Below are positions 15,778 to 26,664 of a stretch of DNA of 46,894 nucleotides, in pieces. The DNA is from a virus (lineage: Duplodnaviria > Caudoviricetes), in the IMG/VR virus record IMGVR_UViG_3300022909_001314, positions 1 to 46,894 of that record. The stretch is one strand, 5' to 3'. Numbering within the stretch: the stretch's first letter is position 1; the number at the start of each line of letters is the position of its first letter. The notes below the pieces were generated by a model. That model made no database searches, had not been told where the DNA came from, and saw only the letters and a list, made by a program, of their open reading frames with translations. A program made the translations under genes and the position numbers.

Positions 15778-16601
15778 ACGTAGAAGAATTACTGAATGAG
15801 AAAGAAGTATACTTTGTACCGAAAGGAAAAGACTTCCTAGTACGTTGTGTAAGTCCTGACCACGATGACGGCAATCCTAGTATGAGAATTGACCAAATCA
15901 CAGGAATCTTTCAGTGTTTTTCGTGTGGTTTCAAAGGAAATATTTTCTATCATTTTGGCGAAAAAGCAAATCAGTTACAGCTAAAAAGAGAAAATTTAAA
16001 AAGGAAGATACGGGAGAAAATGGCCTCAAGTGTTGGCTTGGCTTTCCCTAAAGGTTATATGCCTTATATTGGTAACTGGCGAGATATAAAGCCAGAGACT
16101 TATAAAAAGTTTGAAGCCTTTCAGCATCACGATACTGATCATATAGGTAGAGTAGTATTTCCAATACGCGATATATCAGGAAAGATTGCAGCCTTTAATG
16201 GCAGGCACATGACTGGAGGAGTACCTAAGTACATGATTACTCCGAGGGGCGCAAAGATGCCTCTATTTCCTGTTGTGGAACCTATAAAAGACACTGTTAT
16301 TTTAGTTGAAGGAATTTTCGATGCAATAAATTTGCACGATAAAGGATTAACAAATGCAGTATGCTGTTTTGGAACAAATAATATCAGCGAAGAAAAACTA
16401 TCAATGTTAGCAATGCAAGGAGTTACTCATATTGATATTTTCTTTGACGGAGATGAAGCAGGCCAAAAGGCAGCAGAAAAAATAAAAGGTATGTGCGAGA
16501 AAGTTGATCTCGTATCCAGAAATATTCACTTAAAAGAAACAGACCCTGGAGCACTTACCGATTCTCAAATTGACAAGTTAAAGAGGAAGTTATATGCCTA
16601 A
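15774..16601 (+). CDS. DNA primase (CHC2 Zn finger + TOPRIM)
   Basis: C..H....PS...CFSC, VEGIFD, FDGDEAG. Confidence 0.92.
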   Translation: MNVEELLNEKEVYFVPKGKDFLVRCVSPDHDDGNPSMRIDQITGIFQCFSCGFKGNIFYHFGEKANQLQLKRENLKRKIREKMASSVGLAFPKGYMPYIGNWRDIKPETYKKFEAFQHHDTDHIGRVVFPIRDISGKIAAFNGRHMTGGVPKYMITPRGAKMPLFPVVEPIKDTVILVEGIFDAINLHDKGLTNAVCCFGTNNISEEKLSMLAMQGVTHIDIFFDGDEAGQKAAEKIKGMCEKVDLVSRNIHLKETDPGALTDSQIDKLKRKLYA

Positions 16602-18858
16602 CGTCGCATTAGTAGAGACGAAAAGTAGTAGAACCAATTTTAAGAAAGAGTTTGACAATGCATTTGAGTTTGACCAGTTTCAGCTCTGCTCAGACCCAAG
16701 TATTAAAAAAGTATTGAAAAGAGATGTAGACCTTGATATGAACCCAGACGAATATGACTGGGTTATTCTTGTAGGGTCTGATGCTCTAAAATATTTTACT
16801 AAAATTAATTCAGTAACGGAATATTCCGGTAAAAAGGTAGAGGGTAAATTTCTGCCTGTAATTAATCCTGCGATGCTTGCTTTTAAGCCTGAAGCTCGCA
16901 GAACGTGGGAAGATTCAAAAACAAGTATAATTCAATATATTCGAGGCGAAATCGAGGATGCTGTAATAGACGAGAGTATTGCTTTTGGAATACAAGATAC
17001 GGAGATAGCAAATGATTATATCAGAGATGCAATCGCTCATTCAGGAACTTTCGTGGCCTTGGATTCGGAAACTACTGGTTTATATCCTCGTGACGGCCAT
17101 ATGCTTGGTATTTCTTTGTGCTTTGACGGCGTTCGTGGTGCTTATATTGATACCGATTGCTTTAATGACGAGACCGAAAGCCTTCTGCAAGAACTTTTTT
17201 CAAGAAAGTCCGTAGTATTTCATAACGCTAAGTTTGATATGGCGTTTTTTGAGTACCATTTCAACTTTAAGTTTCCAAACTTTGAAGATACGATGCTGCT
17301 TCACTACTTAATCGACGAGAATCCAGGCACTCACGGCCTAAAGCAGCTCGCAATCAAGTTTACTCCATACGGAGACTATGAAAAACCAATGTACGATTGG
17401 ATTGACCAGTATAGAAAAGAAACTGGAGTACTAAAGGGAGACTTTCAATGGGGTGCTATTCCTTTTGACGTAATGAAAACTTATGCAGCAATGGATGCCT
17501 TAGTTACATTTCTAATCTTTCAAAAGTTTGAAAAGATTAAGCAAAATACAAAGCTTAAGTGGGTTTATGATAATATTCTTATTCCTGGCACTCGATTTCT
17601 TACAGATGCACAAGATAATGGAGTACCTTTTGATAAGCAGAGATTATATCTTGCACAGCAGATTATGCAAGACGATATAGACGCAGCAATTACTAAGTTG
17701 TATGAAAATGATCGTATTCGTAAGTTTGAAGAAATTCAAGGCAAAGAATTTAATCCAAATAGTACTCTTCAACTACGAAAACTTATGTTTGACTACTTAG
17801 GTTTGAACCCTACAGGAAAGAAAACTGGAACAGGAGCAGATTCAACAGATGCAGAAGTCCTTAAAGAACTCGCAGAACAGTCCGATGTACCGGCACTTAT
17901 ATTGGATATTCGACAGAAATCGAAAATCAAAAATACCTATCTCGACAAGATTATTCCTCAGTTGGATAGAGATTCGAGACTTCGTACTGGTTTTAACCTG
18001 CATGGCACTACTAGTGGCCGCTTATCAAGTAGCGGAAAATTAAATATGCAGCAATTGCCTCGGGACAACCCAGCAGTAAAAGGTTGTATTAAAGCTGCCC
18101 CAGGTCATAAAATTGTTGCAATGGACTTAACTACCGCAGAAGTATATGTCGCTGCAAAACTCGCAGATGACCAAGCCCTTATGGATGTATTTAAATCTGG
18201 GGGGAATTTTCATAGCACCATTGCTAAAACAGTTTTTAAACTGCCTTGCGAAGTCGAAGATGTGGCAGAACTTTACGGAGATAAAAGACAAGCGGCAAAA
18301 GCTGTAACTTTTGGTATTATGTACGGCGCAGGCCCAGCAAAAATATCAGAGCAAGTAACAAAAGATAGTGGAAAGTATTTTTCCAAGCAAGAGGCTTCTG
18401 AGGTAATCAATGACTACTTTAAAACTTTTCATAAGTTGAGAAAGTGGATTGACGAAAATCAGAAATTCATTGAACAAAATGGATTCATTTATAGCTTCTT
18501 TGGGCGCAAGAGACGCTTACCAAATGTCAAAAGTGAAGATAAAGGCATCAAGTCTCATAGCATTCGCTCTGGTCTTAATTTTTTGGTCCAGTCTGCTGCT
18601 AGTGATATTAACCTTTTAGGTGCTATAGATATGAACGCTCATATTAAAGCACAAAAAATGAATTCTAAAATATTTGCACTTGTGCATGACTCAATTCTAG
18701 CAGAGGTTCCAGATAATGAAATTGAACAGTACTGTGAAAAACTACGATATTTTGTACAACTTGACCGCGGTATATCCATTCCCGGAGCAGCGGTGGGGTG
18801 TGACTTTGAAATCGGAGAAGACTATTCCATGGGGAAATTTGAAAAGTTTTACCTATAA
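16594..18858 (+). CDS. polA: DNA polymerase, family A (T5-like) with 3'-5' exonuclease
   Basis: DSETTG, HNAKFD, GRLSS, RQAAKAVTFGIMYG, VHDS. Confidence 0.95.
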   Translation: MPNVALVETKSSRTNFKKEFDNAFEFDQFQLCSDPSIKKVLKRDVDLDMNPDEYDWVILVGSDALKYFTKINSVTEYSGKKVEGKFLPVINPAMLAFKPEARRTWEDSKTSIIQYIRGEIEDAVIDESIAFGIQDTEIANDYIRDAIAHSGTFVALDSETTGLYPRDGHMLGISLCFDGVRGAYIDTDCFNDETESLLQELFSRKSVVFHNAKFDMAFFEYHFNFKFPNFEDTMLLHYLIDENPGTHGLKQLAIKFTPYGDYEKPMYDWIDQYRKETGVLKGDFQWGAIPFDVMKTYAAMDALVTFLIFQKFEKIKQNTKLKWVYDNILIPGTRFLTDAQDNGVPFDKQRLYLAQQIMQDDIDAAITKLYENDRIRKFEEIQGKEFNPNSTLQLRKLMFDYLGLNPTGKKTGTGADSTDAEVLKELAEQSDVPALILDIRQKSKIKNTYLDKIIPQLDRDSRLRTGFNLHGTTSGRLSSSGKLNMQQLPRDNPAVKGCIKAAPGHKIVAMDLTTAEVYVAAKLADDQALMDVFKSGGNFHSTIAKTVFKLPCEVEDVAELYGDKRQAAKAVTFGIMYGAGPAKISEQVTKDSGKYFSKQEASEVINDYFKTFHKLRKWIDENQKFIEQNGFIYSFFGRKRRLPNVKSEDKGIKSHSIRSGLNFLVQSAASDINLLGAIDMNAHIKAQKMNSKIFALVHDSILAEVPDNEIEQYCEKLRYFVQLDRGISIPGAAVGCDFEIGEDYSMGKFEKFYL

Positions 18859-18869
18859 TGGAGTAGAAG

Positions 18870-19364
18870 TTGATTATAACTTATCAACAAGTTTCGAAGA
18901 TCACATTTCCGGTTTTTACCCTCCCGAATGGAAATTGGCAAACAACGGACGGCCTTCTATTTTTGGAGGAAGGAATAGTGGACGATCGAAATATGCCAGG
19001 ACGTACCCTTGGGTCTAGAAGAGTGCAGACTCCTCACAAAAACCTAGTTCCACTTCGAAAGTGTATAACCGAGCATCAAGGTCTTATAAAACAAAAATCA
19101 AAATATTATATAGATAGTACTGGAGCACCTTTTATTTACGAAAAAACTAAAATGTGTGCTTTAAAGTATTATCTTATAAGAAAAGTAGAGCAAAAGGAAG
19201 TTGCATCTCTTATATGGTTAAAAGATTTAAAACATCCTTTTCCTATTCCGCGCCCTCCCAAGGCTGAAATGACTTGGGCAGGGGTTCTTCATCTTCACGG
19301 GCTACCGTGGATGCTCTATGAGTACTCTCAAGAACGTAAAAAAGATACGAGTAGAAAAGTATAG
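18870..19364 (+). CDS. conserved T5-like hypothetical protein
   Basis: DDRNMPGxTLGxRR; position after the polymerase. Confidence 0.75.
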   Translation: MIITYQQVSKITFPVFTLPNGNWQTTDGLLFLEEGIVDDRNMPGRTLGSRRVQTPHKNLVPLRKCITEHQGLIKQKSKYYIDSTGAPFIYEKTKMCALKYYLIRKVEQKEVASLIWLKDLKHPFPIPRPPKAEMTWAGVLHLHGLPWMLYEYSQERKKDTSRKV

Positions 19365-19371
19365 GTAACTT

Positions 19372-20046
19372 ATGGCAAGAAAACCCAGAACACTAGACAA
19401 AGTAAATCTAGTTCTGCAAGAAATTGAACCATTAACACAAAATCAACTATTAGCTTTTGAAAGTACTAAAAACTTAGTGTTGCACGGAGTAGCCGGAACA
19501 GGAAAAACTTTTATTTCCTGCTACTTAGCTTTTGATGATATGACAAAAAACCTATATCAGCATACAATTTTAATTAGAAGTGCTGTCTCTACTAGAGAAA
19601 TGGGGTTTCTGCCAGGTACTGACAAAGAGAAAGCTGCCGTATATGAAGAGCCTTACAAAGATATTTGTATTGAACTTTTCCAAAGAGGCGATGCTTACGA
19701 ACTCTTAAAGAAACAAAATTTAGTACAATTTATGACAACATCGTTTATTCGTGGAATAACTCTACGAAATGCTGTAATAATAATTGATGAGTGTCAAAAT
19801 ATGTCTTTTCACGAACTAGACTCTATTATTACCCGAATAGGAGAGGGTTGTAAAGTTATTTTTTGTGGAGACTTTAAACAGACTGACTTTACTGAGAGAA
19901 GTAGAGAAAAATCAGGATTACCCGACTTTATACGAGTGTTAAAAGCAATGGAAGAGTTTGATATGATTGATTTTACTGTAAAAGATATTGTACGCAGTAG
20001 TTTTGTGAAAAAATATATTATGGCAAAAGAAGATTTAGGTCTATGA
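19372..20046 (+). CDS. phoH: PhoH-family ATPase
   Basis: GVAGTGKT, MGFLPG, RGITL, IDECQN, GDxxQ. Confidence 0.93.
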   Translation: MARKPRTLDKVNLVLQEIEPLTQNQLLAFESTKNLVLHGVAGTGKTFISCYLAFDDMTKNLYQHTILIRSAVSTREMGFLPGTDKEKAAVYEEPYKDICIELFQRGDAYELLKKQNLVQFMTTSFIRGITLRNAVIIIDECQNMSFHELDSIITRIGEGCKVIFCGDFKQTDFTERSREKSGLPDFIRVLKAMEEFDMIDFTVKDIVRSSFVKKYIMAKEDLGL

Positions 20047-21326
20047 AAGCGGTTATTAGTAATAAAATATATCTGGAAGTAGATCAGGAATATAAAGAGT
20101 TTCTTGCAAAAGAACTTACCTATAAAATTCCTTCTAGAAATCCTCATGATCCGCCTTTAGTTATTAAAAATATGGCTAGAGTACGGGCAGATTTAGTTAC
20201 TATACCTGTAGGCCGAGTGGATTTAATACCGGAGAATTATGAAATTATTGACAAAAGGATTACTGTGCCTGTGGATTTTCCTGCTTTTGGGTTTGATCTA
20301 CGAGAATCACAGCAAGCCGTCTATGACGAACTTGACGATAACTGTATCATCAATGCGTGGGTAAGTTGGGGTAAAACCTTCACGGGGTTGGCGATAGCAG
20401 GGAAACTCGGACAAAAGACTCTGGTTGTAGTGCATACTACCGCTTTGCGTAAACAATGGATTGATGAAGTAGAAAAAGTCTATGGATTCAAGCCCGGGAT
20501 TATAGGAAGTGGTAATTTTGATATAAAACCTCCGATTGTAATAGGAAATACTCAAAGTCTTTACCGCAAAATACCCCAAATTTCAAAAGAGTTTGGGACA
20601 ATTTTATTGGATGAAATGCACCATGTAAGTAGTCCAACATTTTCCAAAATTGTCGATACTAACCATGCTCGATATAAAGTTGGACTTTCTGGTACAATCG
20701 AGCGAAAAGATGGAAAGCACGTTGTTTTTCGTGACTATTTTGGGAATAAAATATTTAAACCACCAAAAGAAAACTTTATGACTCCGAGTATTGATATTGT
20801 TCGCTCTGAAGTAAGGTTTTTAGATGGAAATAGAACGCCTTGGGCAAATAGAGTAACAGCTCTGTCCAATAATGAAGAGTATAAACACTTGGTAGCAATG
20901 CTTTCAGCTACATATGCGGCAAAAGGTCACAAAGTACTTGTGGTATCAGATCGTGTGCATTTTTTACGAAGCTGCGCCGAACTTGTAGGTGAAAACTCCG
21001 TGTGTGTTACAGGTGAGGTACCTCATGACGAAAGGCAGAAGTTACTAGATGAGATTAATTATGGAAATAAAAACGTTCTTTTCGGAACTCAAGCAATTTT
21101 TAGTGAAGGTATATCAGTTAATTCCTTGTCTGTCCTTATACTCGGTACGCCCATTAACAACGAGCCACTACTCACCCAGCTCGTCGGAAGAGTCATTCGA
21201 GAACAAGAAGGAAAACGAGACCCCATAGTAGTAGATATACACTTGAAGGGCGAAACAGCAAAAAGACAAGCCTCGAATCGTATGGGATACTATATGAAAC
21301 AAGGCTATAAAATACGACAGTTGTAA
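20043..21326 (+). CDS. SF2 helicase (T5 D10-like)
   Basis: SWGKT, DEMH, SGT, QLVGRVIR. Confidence 0.9.
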   Translation: MKAVISNKIYLEVDQEYKEFLAKELTYKIPSRNPHDPPLVIKNMARVRADLVTIPVGRVDLIPENYEIIDKRITVPVDFPAFGFDLRESQQAVYDELDDNCIINAWVSWGKTFTGLAIAGKLGQKTLVVVHTTALRKQWIDEVEKVYGFKPGIIGSGNFDIKPPIVIGNTQSLYRKIPQISKEFGTILLDEMHHVSSPTFSKIVDTNHARYKVGLSGTIERKDGKHVVFRDYFGNKIFKPPKENFMTPSIDIVRSEVRFLDGNRTPWANRVTALSNNEEYKHLVAMLSATYAAKGHKVLVVSDRVHFLRSCAELVGENSVCVTGEVPHDERQKLLDEINYGNKNVLFGTQAIFSEGISVNSLSVLILGTPINNEPLLTQLVGRVIREQEGKRDPIVVDIHLKGETAKRQASNRMGYYMKQGYKIRQL

Positions 21327-21336
21327 AAAATAGTTC

Positions 21337-21365
21337 TTGACTTTAACTTTAATTTTTAGTATAAT
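21337..21365 (+). promoter_or_regulatory. sigma70-type promoter
   Basis: TTGACT-N17-TATAAT. Confidence 0.85.
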
Positions 21366-21367
21366 AT

Positions 21368-21775
21368 ATGTTATTATTTGATTGGAGAAAAGTATTTTAC
21401 GCTGCTAGCGGAGACCCTACCGAGATAATCAGGATTCTTCGTATGTTAGTGGAAAATCGCGTCCCTAAAAATAAGTTTGATAAAATATACGCATACTCTC
21501 TAGTAAATTTTTCTGGAGAGGCTTTTTTGGTTCATCCAGAAAGGTTGTTGTATGAAGGGTATAAATATACCCATAGAGAAATAGGAATCTATGTGGCTCT
21601 TGCTTCTCTGCGGCCTTTGGCCGATTACTTAGCATCTGGTAAGGTTAGTCTTGACTTACTATATGTTCCAGACAATATTAAAGAATATATTACAGACAAT
21701 AGGCTACTTTCAGTAGAAGATAATGAACTTTATTTTTTATATGAAAGAAGTCCCTCAAAAAAGGAGATACATTAA
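21368..21775 (+). CDS. conserved T5-like hypothetical protein
   Basis: Position between D10 and D11; YVALASLR. Confidence 0.75.
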   Translation: MLLFDWRKVFYAASGDPTEIIRILRMLVENRVPKNKFDKIYAYSLVNFSGEAFLVHPERLLYEGYKYTHREIGIYVALASLRPLADYLASGKVSLDLLYVPDNIKEYITDNRLLSVEDNELYFLYERSPSKKEIH

Positions 21776-22407
21776 TGGCACTATCATTTAATCAATCAAA
21801 AGGCGGAGCACAAAAAAGCTCTATCAATACTTACAGCTACCAAGAAGGCGACAATACAGTTCGTCTTGTTGGAGATGTTTTAGCACGTTATGTGTATTGG
21901 GTAGTTGGAGAGAATGATAAAAACATTCCTCTTGAGTGCTTATCCTTTGATCGTAATGAAGAGCGATTCAACAACAAAGAAAAAGATTGGGTTCGTGAAT
22001 ACTATCCTGATCTAAAATGTGGATGGAGCTACGCAATGCAGTGCATTCACAATGGTGAGCTAAAGGTAATTAATCTGAAGAAGAAGCTCTTTGAGCAAAT
22101 TTTGACAGCAGCAGAAGACCTGGGCGACCCTACAGATGTAGAAAATGGATGGGATGTTAAATTCAAGCGTGTTAAGACTGGCCCTCTGCCCTATAATGTA
22201 GAGTACCAACTTCAAGTATTGAAGTGCAAGTCTCGACCTCTTGATGAGACAGAGAAAGAATTAGTAGCAACCCTGAAGTCAATGGATGATGTTATGCCTC
22301 GTCCAACTCCAGATGCTCAAAAAGAACTGCTTGACCGTATTCGTGAAGGCGCACCTGCCAATAACGTAGACGAAGAAGCCCTTGAAAGTGAGTTTAACAT
22401 CGGATGA
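21775..22407 (+). CDS. T5 D11-like putative ssDNA-binding protein
   Basis: RLVGDVLARYVYW, LKKKLFEQI, GDPTD, acidic C-tail. Confidence 0.8.
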   Translation: MALSFNQSKGGAQKSSINTYSYQEGDNTVRLVGDVLARYVYWVVGENDKNIPLECLSFDRNEERFNNKEKDWVREYYPDLKCGWSYAMQCIHNGELKVINLKKKLFEQILTAAEDLGDPTDVENGWDVKFKRVKTGPLPYNVEYQLQVLKCKSRPLDETEKELVATLKSMDDVMPRPTPDAQKELLDRIREGAPANNVDEEALESEFNIG

Positions 22408-23363
22408 TTTTATTCACCGCAGACTGGCATATTAAACTGGGACAGAAAAATGTCCCAGTTTCTTGGTCTTTGAACCGTTATAAATTGTTCTTCGAACAAG
22501 TACACAATATTGAAAAAATGTGTAATATGCACATAATCGGAGGCGATCTTTTTGATCGTCTTCCGAATATGGAAGAACTAGAACTTTATTTTTCTTTTAT
22601 TCGGAATGTAAAAATTCCTACCATTATCTATGATGGAAACCATGAAGCAACAAAGAAAAATAAAACCTTTTTTACACAACTAAAGCAAGTAAGTAGAGAT
22701 ATAAACCCTCTTGTACAAGTTGTAGATATTTCTTATGTAGACAAAGAAATGGGATTTAGTATTCTTCCTTATGCAGAACTGCACAAGAAAGATATATTAG
22801 ATCATTTTCCAACTCAGTACCCTTTATTTACTCATGTTCGTGGCGAAATTCCTCCCCATGTCAAGCCAGAGGTGGACTTAGACTTATTTGAGAATTTTCC
22901 AGTTGTTTTTGCAGGCGACCTACACGCACATAGTAATACACAAAGAAATATTGTGTACCCAGGAAGTCCTATGACTACTTCATTTCACAGAAATGAGGTT
23001 AGTACAGGTTACCTTCTTATTAATGAAGAGGACTGGTCTTGGATTTGGGAGCCTTTTGACTTGCCTCAGTTACTTCGTAAAACAGTAACAGATCCGAGTG
23101 AAATGGTTGCTACAGACTATCATCATACTATATATGAAATAGAAGGTGATATGCAAGACTTGGCAGATGTAGAAAACTCTGAGCTACTCGACAAAAAAGT
23201 AGTAAAAAGAAGTTCTGAAGCCGCATTAGTAATAAATAAAGAGATGACTATTCAGGAAGAATTAGTAGAGTATCTACAATATATTCTTGAGATAGAAGAA
23301 AAGAAAATACCGGATATACTAGGAACTTTTAATGATTACGCTCAAAAAGTTACAATGGAGTAA
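22404..23363 (+). CDS. SbcD/Mre11-like nuclease (T5 D12)
   Basis: ADWH, GDLFD, GNHE, GDLH, YPGS. Confidence 0.9.
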   Translation: MILFTADWHIKLGQKNVPVSWSLNRYKLFFEQVHNIEKMCNMHIIGGDLFDRLPNMEELELYFSFIRNVKIPTIIYDGNHEATKKNKTFFTQLKQVSRDINPLVQVVDISYVDKEMGFSILPYAELHKKDILDHFPTQYPLFTHVRGEIPPHVKPEVDLDLFENFPVVFAGDLHAHSNTQRNIVYPGSPMTTSFHRNEVSTGYLLINEEDWSWIWEPFDLPQLLRKTVTDPSEMVATDYHHTIYEIEGDMQDLADVENSELLDKKVVKRSSEAALVINKEMTIQEELVEYLQYILEIEEKKIPDILGTFNDYAQKVTME

Positions 23364-25134
23364 CTGTTTTAGCTATGGCCCAAATAATGAGCTTGACTTA
23401 GACGCAAATATAGTTACTCAAATTATCGGAACAAACGGAATGGGTAAATCTTCTATCCCTCTAATAATAGAAGAAGCTCTTTACAATAAAAACTCAAAAG
23501 GCATAAAGAAAGCAGATATACCAAATAGATATATAAATAATGGGTATGATATTTGTTTATCCTTTACACGAGACTCAGATGAGTATGTTATTACAATTAA
23601 CAGAAAGTCCAATATAAAACTTAAATTAGAGAAGAATGGGGAAGATATTTCTAGCCATACAGCTACAAATACCTATAAAACTATTCAAGAAATTATAGGA
23701 ATTGACTTTAAAACTTTTTCGCAGCTTGTGTATCAAAACACAAATGCAAGTTTACAGTTCCTTACGGCTACAGACACAAATCGTAAAAAGTTTCTTATCG
23801 AGCTTCTTTCTCTTGAGAAGTACGTGGAGCTTTTTGACCTTTTTAAAGATGCAGCGAGAGAAATAGCATTGGAAACAGCCTCAGTTCAATCCACTGTTAA
23901 TACGATTGAAAAATGGTTGAAAGATAACAAATTGAGTGATACTACCATACTCCCGATGCTGGATATTTTAATTGACACGGAAGAAGATGAGAAAGAGTAC
24001 GCCAACTTAACGGCAGAAATTAAAAATATTTCCGAAAAAAATAAAAAAATATCTAAGAATAATACATATAAAACTTTGCTGAAAGAGTTGGATAATGAAA
24101 AATCAACAGTACAATTTGCAGCAACGTTTATAAAAGGTTCCTATGATAGCGAACAGAGTGAAATAGGAAGTTTAAAGCAAATCGCAGCGGGGTCAAAGCG
24201 ATTTATAGAAAAGTTAAAAAACCTGGAGGGTGTGTGCCCTACTTGTGAACAACCAGTAGACGAAGCTCTACGAGACTCTATGCTTGAAGCCGAACGAGAA
24301 AAAGGTGCTTCGGCTCTGAAAAAAATCGGAGAGCTTCAAGAATTTATAGAGAAAATTAAAGAGGATAATGAACACTATGAAAATTACCAAAGAATTGAAA
24401 GAGAATGGCGAGAAACTTTTCGAAGCATTGACGAGAGCCTTCCCTCAAGTCCTTTGGACGAAGGAGAGCTTAACTCGCGCTTACGAAGAGTACGAAATGA
24501 CTTGGACAGAGCAAAAACTGAAGTGGGAAAGATCACAAAAGAAAATGAAGAAAGAACAAGAAGAAATACTCGAATCCAAGTAATTCTTGAGCAAACGAAG
24601 GAATTTCAAGAACAGCTAGAAGTCTGTATAGAAAAGATGGAAGGCATAAAAAATCTTTCCGCAAACTTAGAAGTACTGAAAAAAGCATTTAGTACAAACG
24701 GTCTTGTGGCTTATAAGATTGAGAATTTAGTAAAGGAGTTGGAAGAGCTTGCTAATCACTATTTGGCTGAATTGTCTGATGGTCGCTTCACTCTTGAGTT
24801 TGTGGTTAGTAATGACAAACTCAACGTGGAGATCACCGACAATGGAAACATTGTTGACATTCTTGCTCTTTCTTCTGGTGAGCTGGCCCGTGTTAATACT
24901 GCTACCCTTATTGCTATTAGAAAACTAATGAGTAGCATATCTAAGTCTAGAATCAATGTATTGTTTTTAGACGAAGTAATAAATGTATTAGATGAGCTAG
25001 GGCGAGAAAAAATGGTAGAAGTTCTTTTAGAAGAAGAATTAAATACTTACATAGTTAGCCATGGATGGACTCATCCACTTTTAGAAAAGGTAGAAGTAGT
25101 TAAATGCGACAACGTCAGCAAACTAGAGTACTAA
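23332..25134 (+). CDS. SbcC/Rad50-like ATPase (T5 D13)
   Basis: GTNGMGKS, CPTC hook, LSSGE, FLDE. Confidence 0.92.
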   Translation: MITLKKLQWSNCFSYGPNNELDLDANIVTQIIGTNGMGKSSIPLIIEEALYNKNSKGIKKADIPNRYINNGYDICLSFTRDSDEYVITINRKSNIKLKLEKNGEDISSHTATNTYKTIQEIIGIDFKTFSQLVYQNTNASLQFLTATDTNRKKFLIELLSLEKYVELFDLFKDAAREIALETASVQSTVNTIEKWLKDNKLSDTTILPMLDILIDTEEDEKEYANLTAEIKNISEKNKKISKNNTYKTLLKELDNEKSTVQFAATFIKGSYDSEQSEIGSLKQIAAGSKRFIEKLKNLEGVCPTCEQPVDEALRDSMLEAEREKGASALKKIGELQEFIEKIKEDNEHYENYQRIEREWRETFRSIDESLPSSPLDEGELNSRLRRVRNDLDRAKTEVGKITKENEERTRRNTRIQVILEQTKEFQEQLEVCIEKMEGIKNLSANLEVLKKAFSTNGLVAYKIENLVKELEELANHYLAELSDGRFTLEFVVSNDKLNVEITDNGNIVDILALSSGELARVNTATLIAIRKLMSSISKSRINVLFLDEVINVLDELGREKMVEVLLEEELNTYIVSHGWTHPLLEKVEVVKCDNVSKLEY

Positions 25135-25185
25135 ACCGCCTTTCTTCAAGTAGAAGAATTTGGCAGCAAATATTAAAGGAGAAAA

Positions 25186-25386
25186 ATGATGAGAGACTTG
25201 ATACTGGAAGCACTCCGAGCAAAATACGAAGGGCAAATTCAAGAAGCCCGAGCAAACATTGAAGTATATCTTAACAACCCTGCAGGTATAGGTGAGCACT
25301 CAGATATTATAGAAGCAATTGACTGCCAAATAGAAAAAATAGCAGAGGCAGCGGAGAAGAAAGACGCGCTGGTATGGTTTGACTAA
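25186..25386 (+). CDS. conserved phage hypothetical protein
   Basis: NIEVYLxNPAGIGEHSD motif; AGGAG SD. Confidence 0.75.
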   Translation: MMRDLILEALRAKYEGQIQEARANIEVYLNNPAGIGEHSDIIEAIDCQIEKIAEAAEKKDALVWFD

Positions 25387-25388
25387 TT

Positions 25389-25832
25389 ATGGTAGATAGT
25401 AGAGCAAAAGGTGCAAGAGGTGAGTACCTAGTTCGGGATATGCTAAGAACTTACACTGGCTATCAGTTTGAAAGAGTCCCTGCTTCAGGGGCTTTAGCAT
25501 ATTTAAAGGGTGATATTTATGTACCAAATGAAAAAAACCGATTTTGTATAGAAGTAAAAAGCTATGCTGAAAGTCCTCTAACGGATAAGATATTTACAGC
25601 ACGTAAAACAAATAATCTTATTCGTTGGTGGAAGAAAGTAGAAATACAGGCGGAGGGAGGAAATCAAGAACCATTATTATTTTTTAAATATAATCGTTCT
25701 CCGATTTTTGTAGTAACTGCTATGAAGCCCGACTTGTCTGATTATATGTATATAAACTGGCTAAATTGTTATATAGCAGAAGCAATGCCTTGGTTGGAAA
25801 ATGAAAAACCGGAGTTTTTACATGGCATTTGA
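25389..25832 (+). CDS. T5 D14-like PD-(D/E)xK endonuclease/Holliday junction resolvase
   Basis: SRAKGARGE, SGA, GD...IEVK. Confidence 0.82.
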   Translation: MVDSRAKGARGEYLVRDMLRTYTGYQFERVPASGALAYLKGDIYVPNEKNRFCIEVKSYAESPLTDKIFTARKTNNLIRWWKKVEIQAEGGNQEPLLFFKYNRSPIFVVTAMKPDLSDYMYINWLNCYIAEAMPWLENEKPEFLHGI

Positions 25833-26664
25833 ATTTAATGATAAAATGTTCATTGATAATGAAAATACTGTACTTATAGTAGATGCTTTAAACTTAGCAT
25901 TTCGCTGGAAGCATCAGGGTAGAACAGATTTTCGATATGATTTTCAAAGAACAGTAGAAAGTTTAGCGAAATCTTATGATTGTAAGAAGCTAATAATTAC
26001 TGCGGATTGGGGCTCTTCTTCCTATAGAAAAGCTATTAATCCAGAGTATAAGCAAAATAGAAAAGAAAAATTTGCAGAGCAAACTGAAGAAGAACGCATT
26101 GCATTTGAAGAGTTTTTTGAAGAATTTGAAGCATCACTAGAAGTGCTTGCAGAAAGTTACCCTGTATTAAGATACAAAGGTGTCGAAGCAGACGACTTAG
26201 CAGCCCATTTAGTAAAGTATAGAGAAAAATACGGGTTAGAATATATTTGGCTAATCTCTAGTGATAGAGACTGGGACTTACTTATACAAGAAAATGTTGG
26301 TCGTTTTTCTTATGTAACGAGGAAGGAAGTTACTTTAGACAACTGGCACGAGCACTATGAAGTAACCCCAGAGCAGTATATATCCTATAAATGTATGCTT
26401 GGAGACAAAGGAGATAATGTTCCAGGATTTCCAGGTGTGGGCCCGAAAAAAGCAGCATCATTAGTAGAGCAATACGGAGATGCCTTTGCAATTTATGACG
26501 CTACTCCTATTGATAGTAGATATAAGTTTATACAAACTATTAATGATAATGCTGAACAAATTCTTCAAAACTATGAACTTATGGATTTAATTACTTATTG
26601 CGATGAAGCAATCGGGGCTGATAATATAGCCGATATTGAAAGGAGACTCTCTGGTGAGTTATAA
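25822..26664 (+). CDS. 5'-3' flap exonuclease (T5 D15-like)
   Basis: VDALNL, YKxNR, EADD, SSDRD, GDKGDNVPG. Confidence 0.92.
   Translation: MAFEFNDKMFIDNENTVLIVDALNLAFRWKHQGRTDFRYDFQRTVESLAKSYDCKKLIITADWGSSSYRKAINPEYKQNRKEKFAEQTEEERIAFEEFFEEFEASLEVLAESYPVLRYKGVEADDLAAHLVKYREKYGLEYIWLISSDRDWDLLIQENVGRFSYVTRKEVTLDNWHEHYEVTPEQYISYKCMLGDKGDNVPGFPGVGPKKAASLVEQYGDAFAIYDATPIDSRYKFIQTINDNAEQILQNYELMDLITYCDEAIGADNIADIERRLSGEL

Noticed and set aside
16594-16950. Extra N-terminal domain on the polymerase
   Set aside because: From recall, T5 polymerase has a similar N-terminus, so it is not novel.
3-21365. Recurrent AAAAATARTTCTTGAC...TATAATAT motif as a novel repeat
   Set aside because: It is explained as strong sigma70 promoters with UP elements, typical of T5-like phages.
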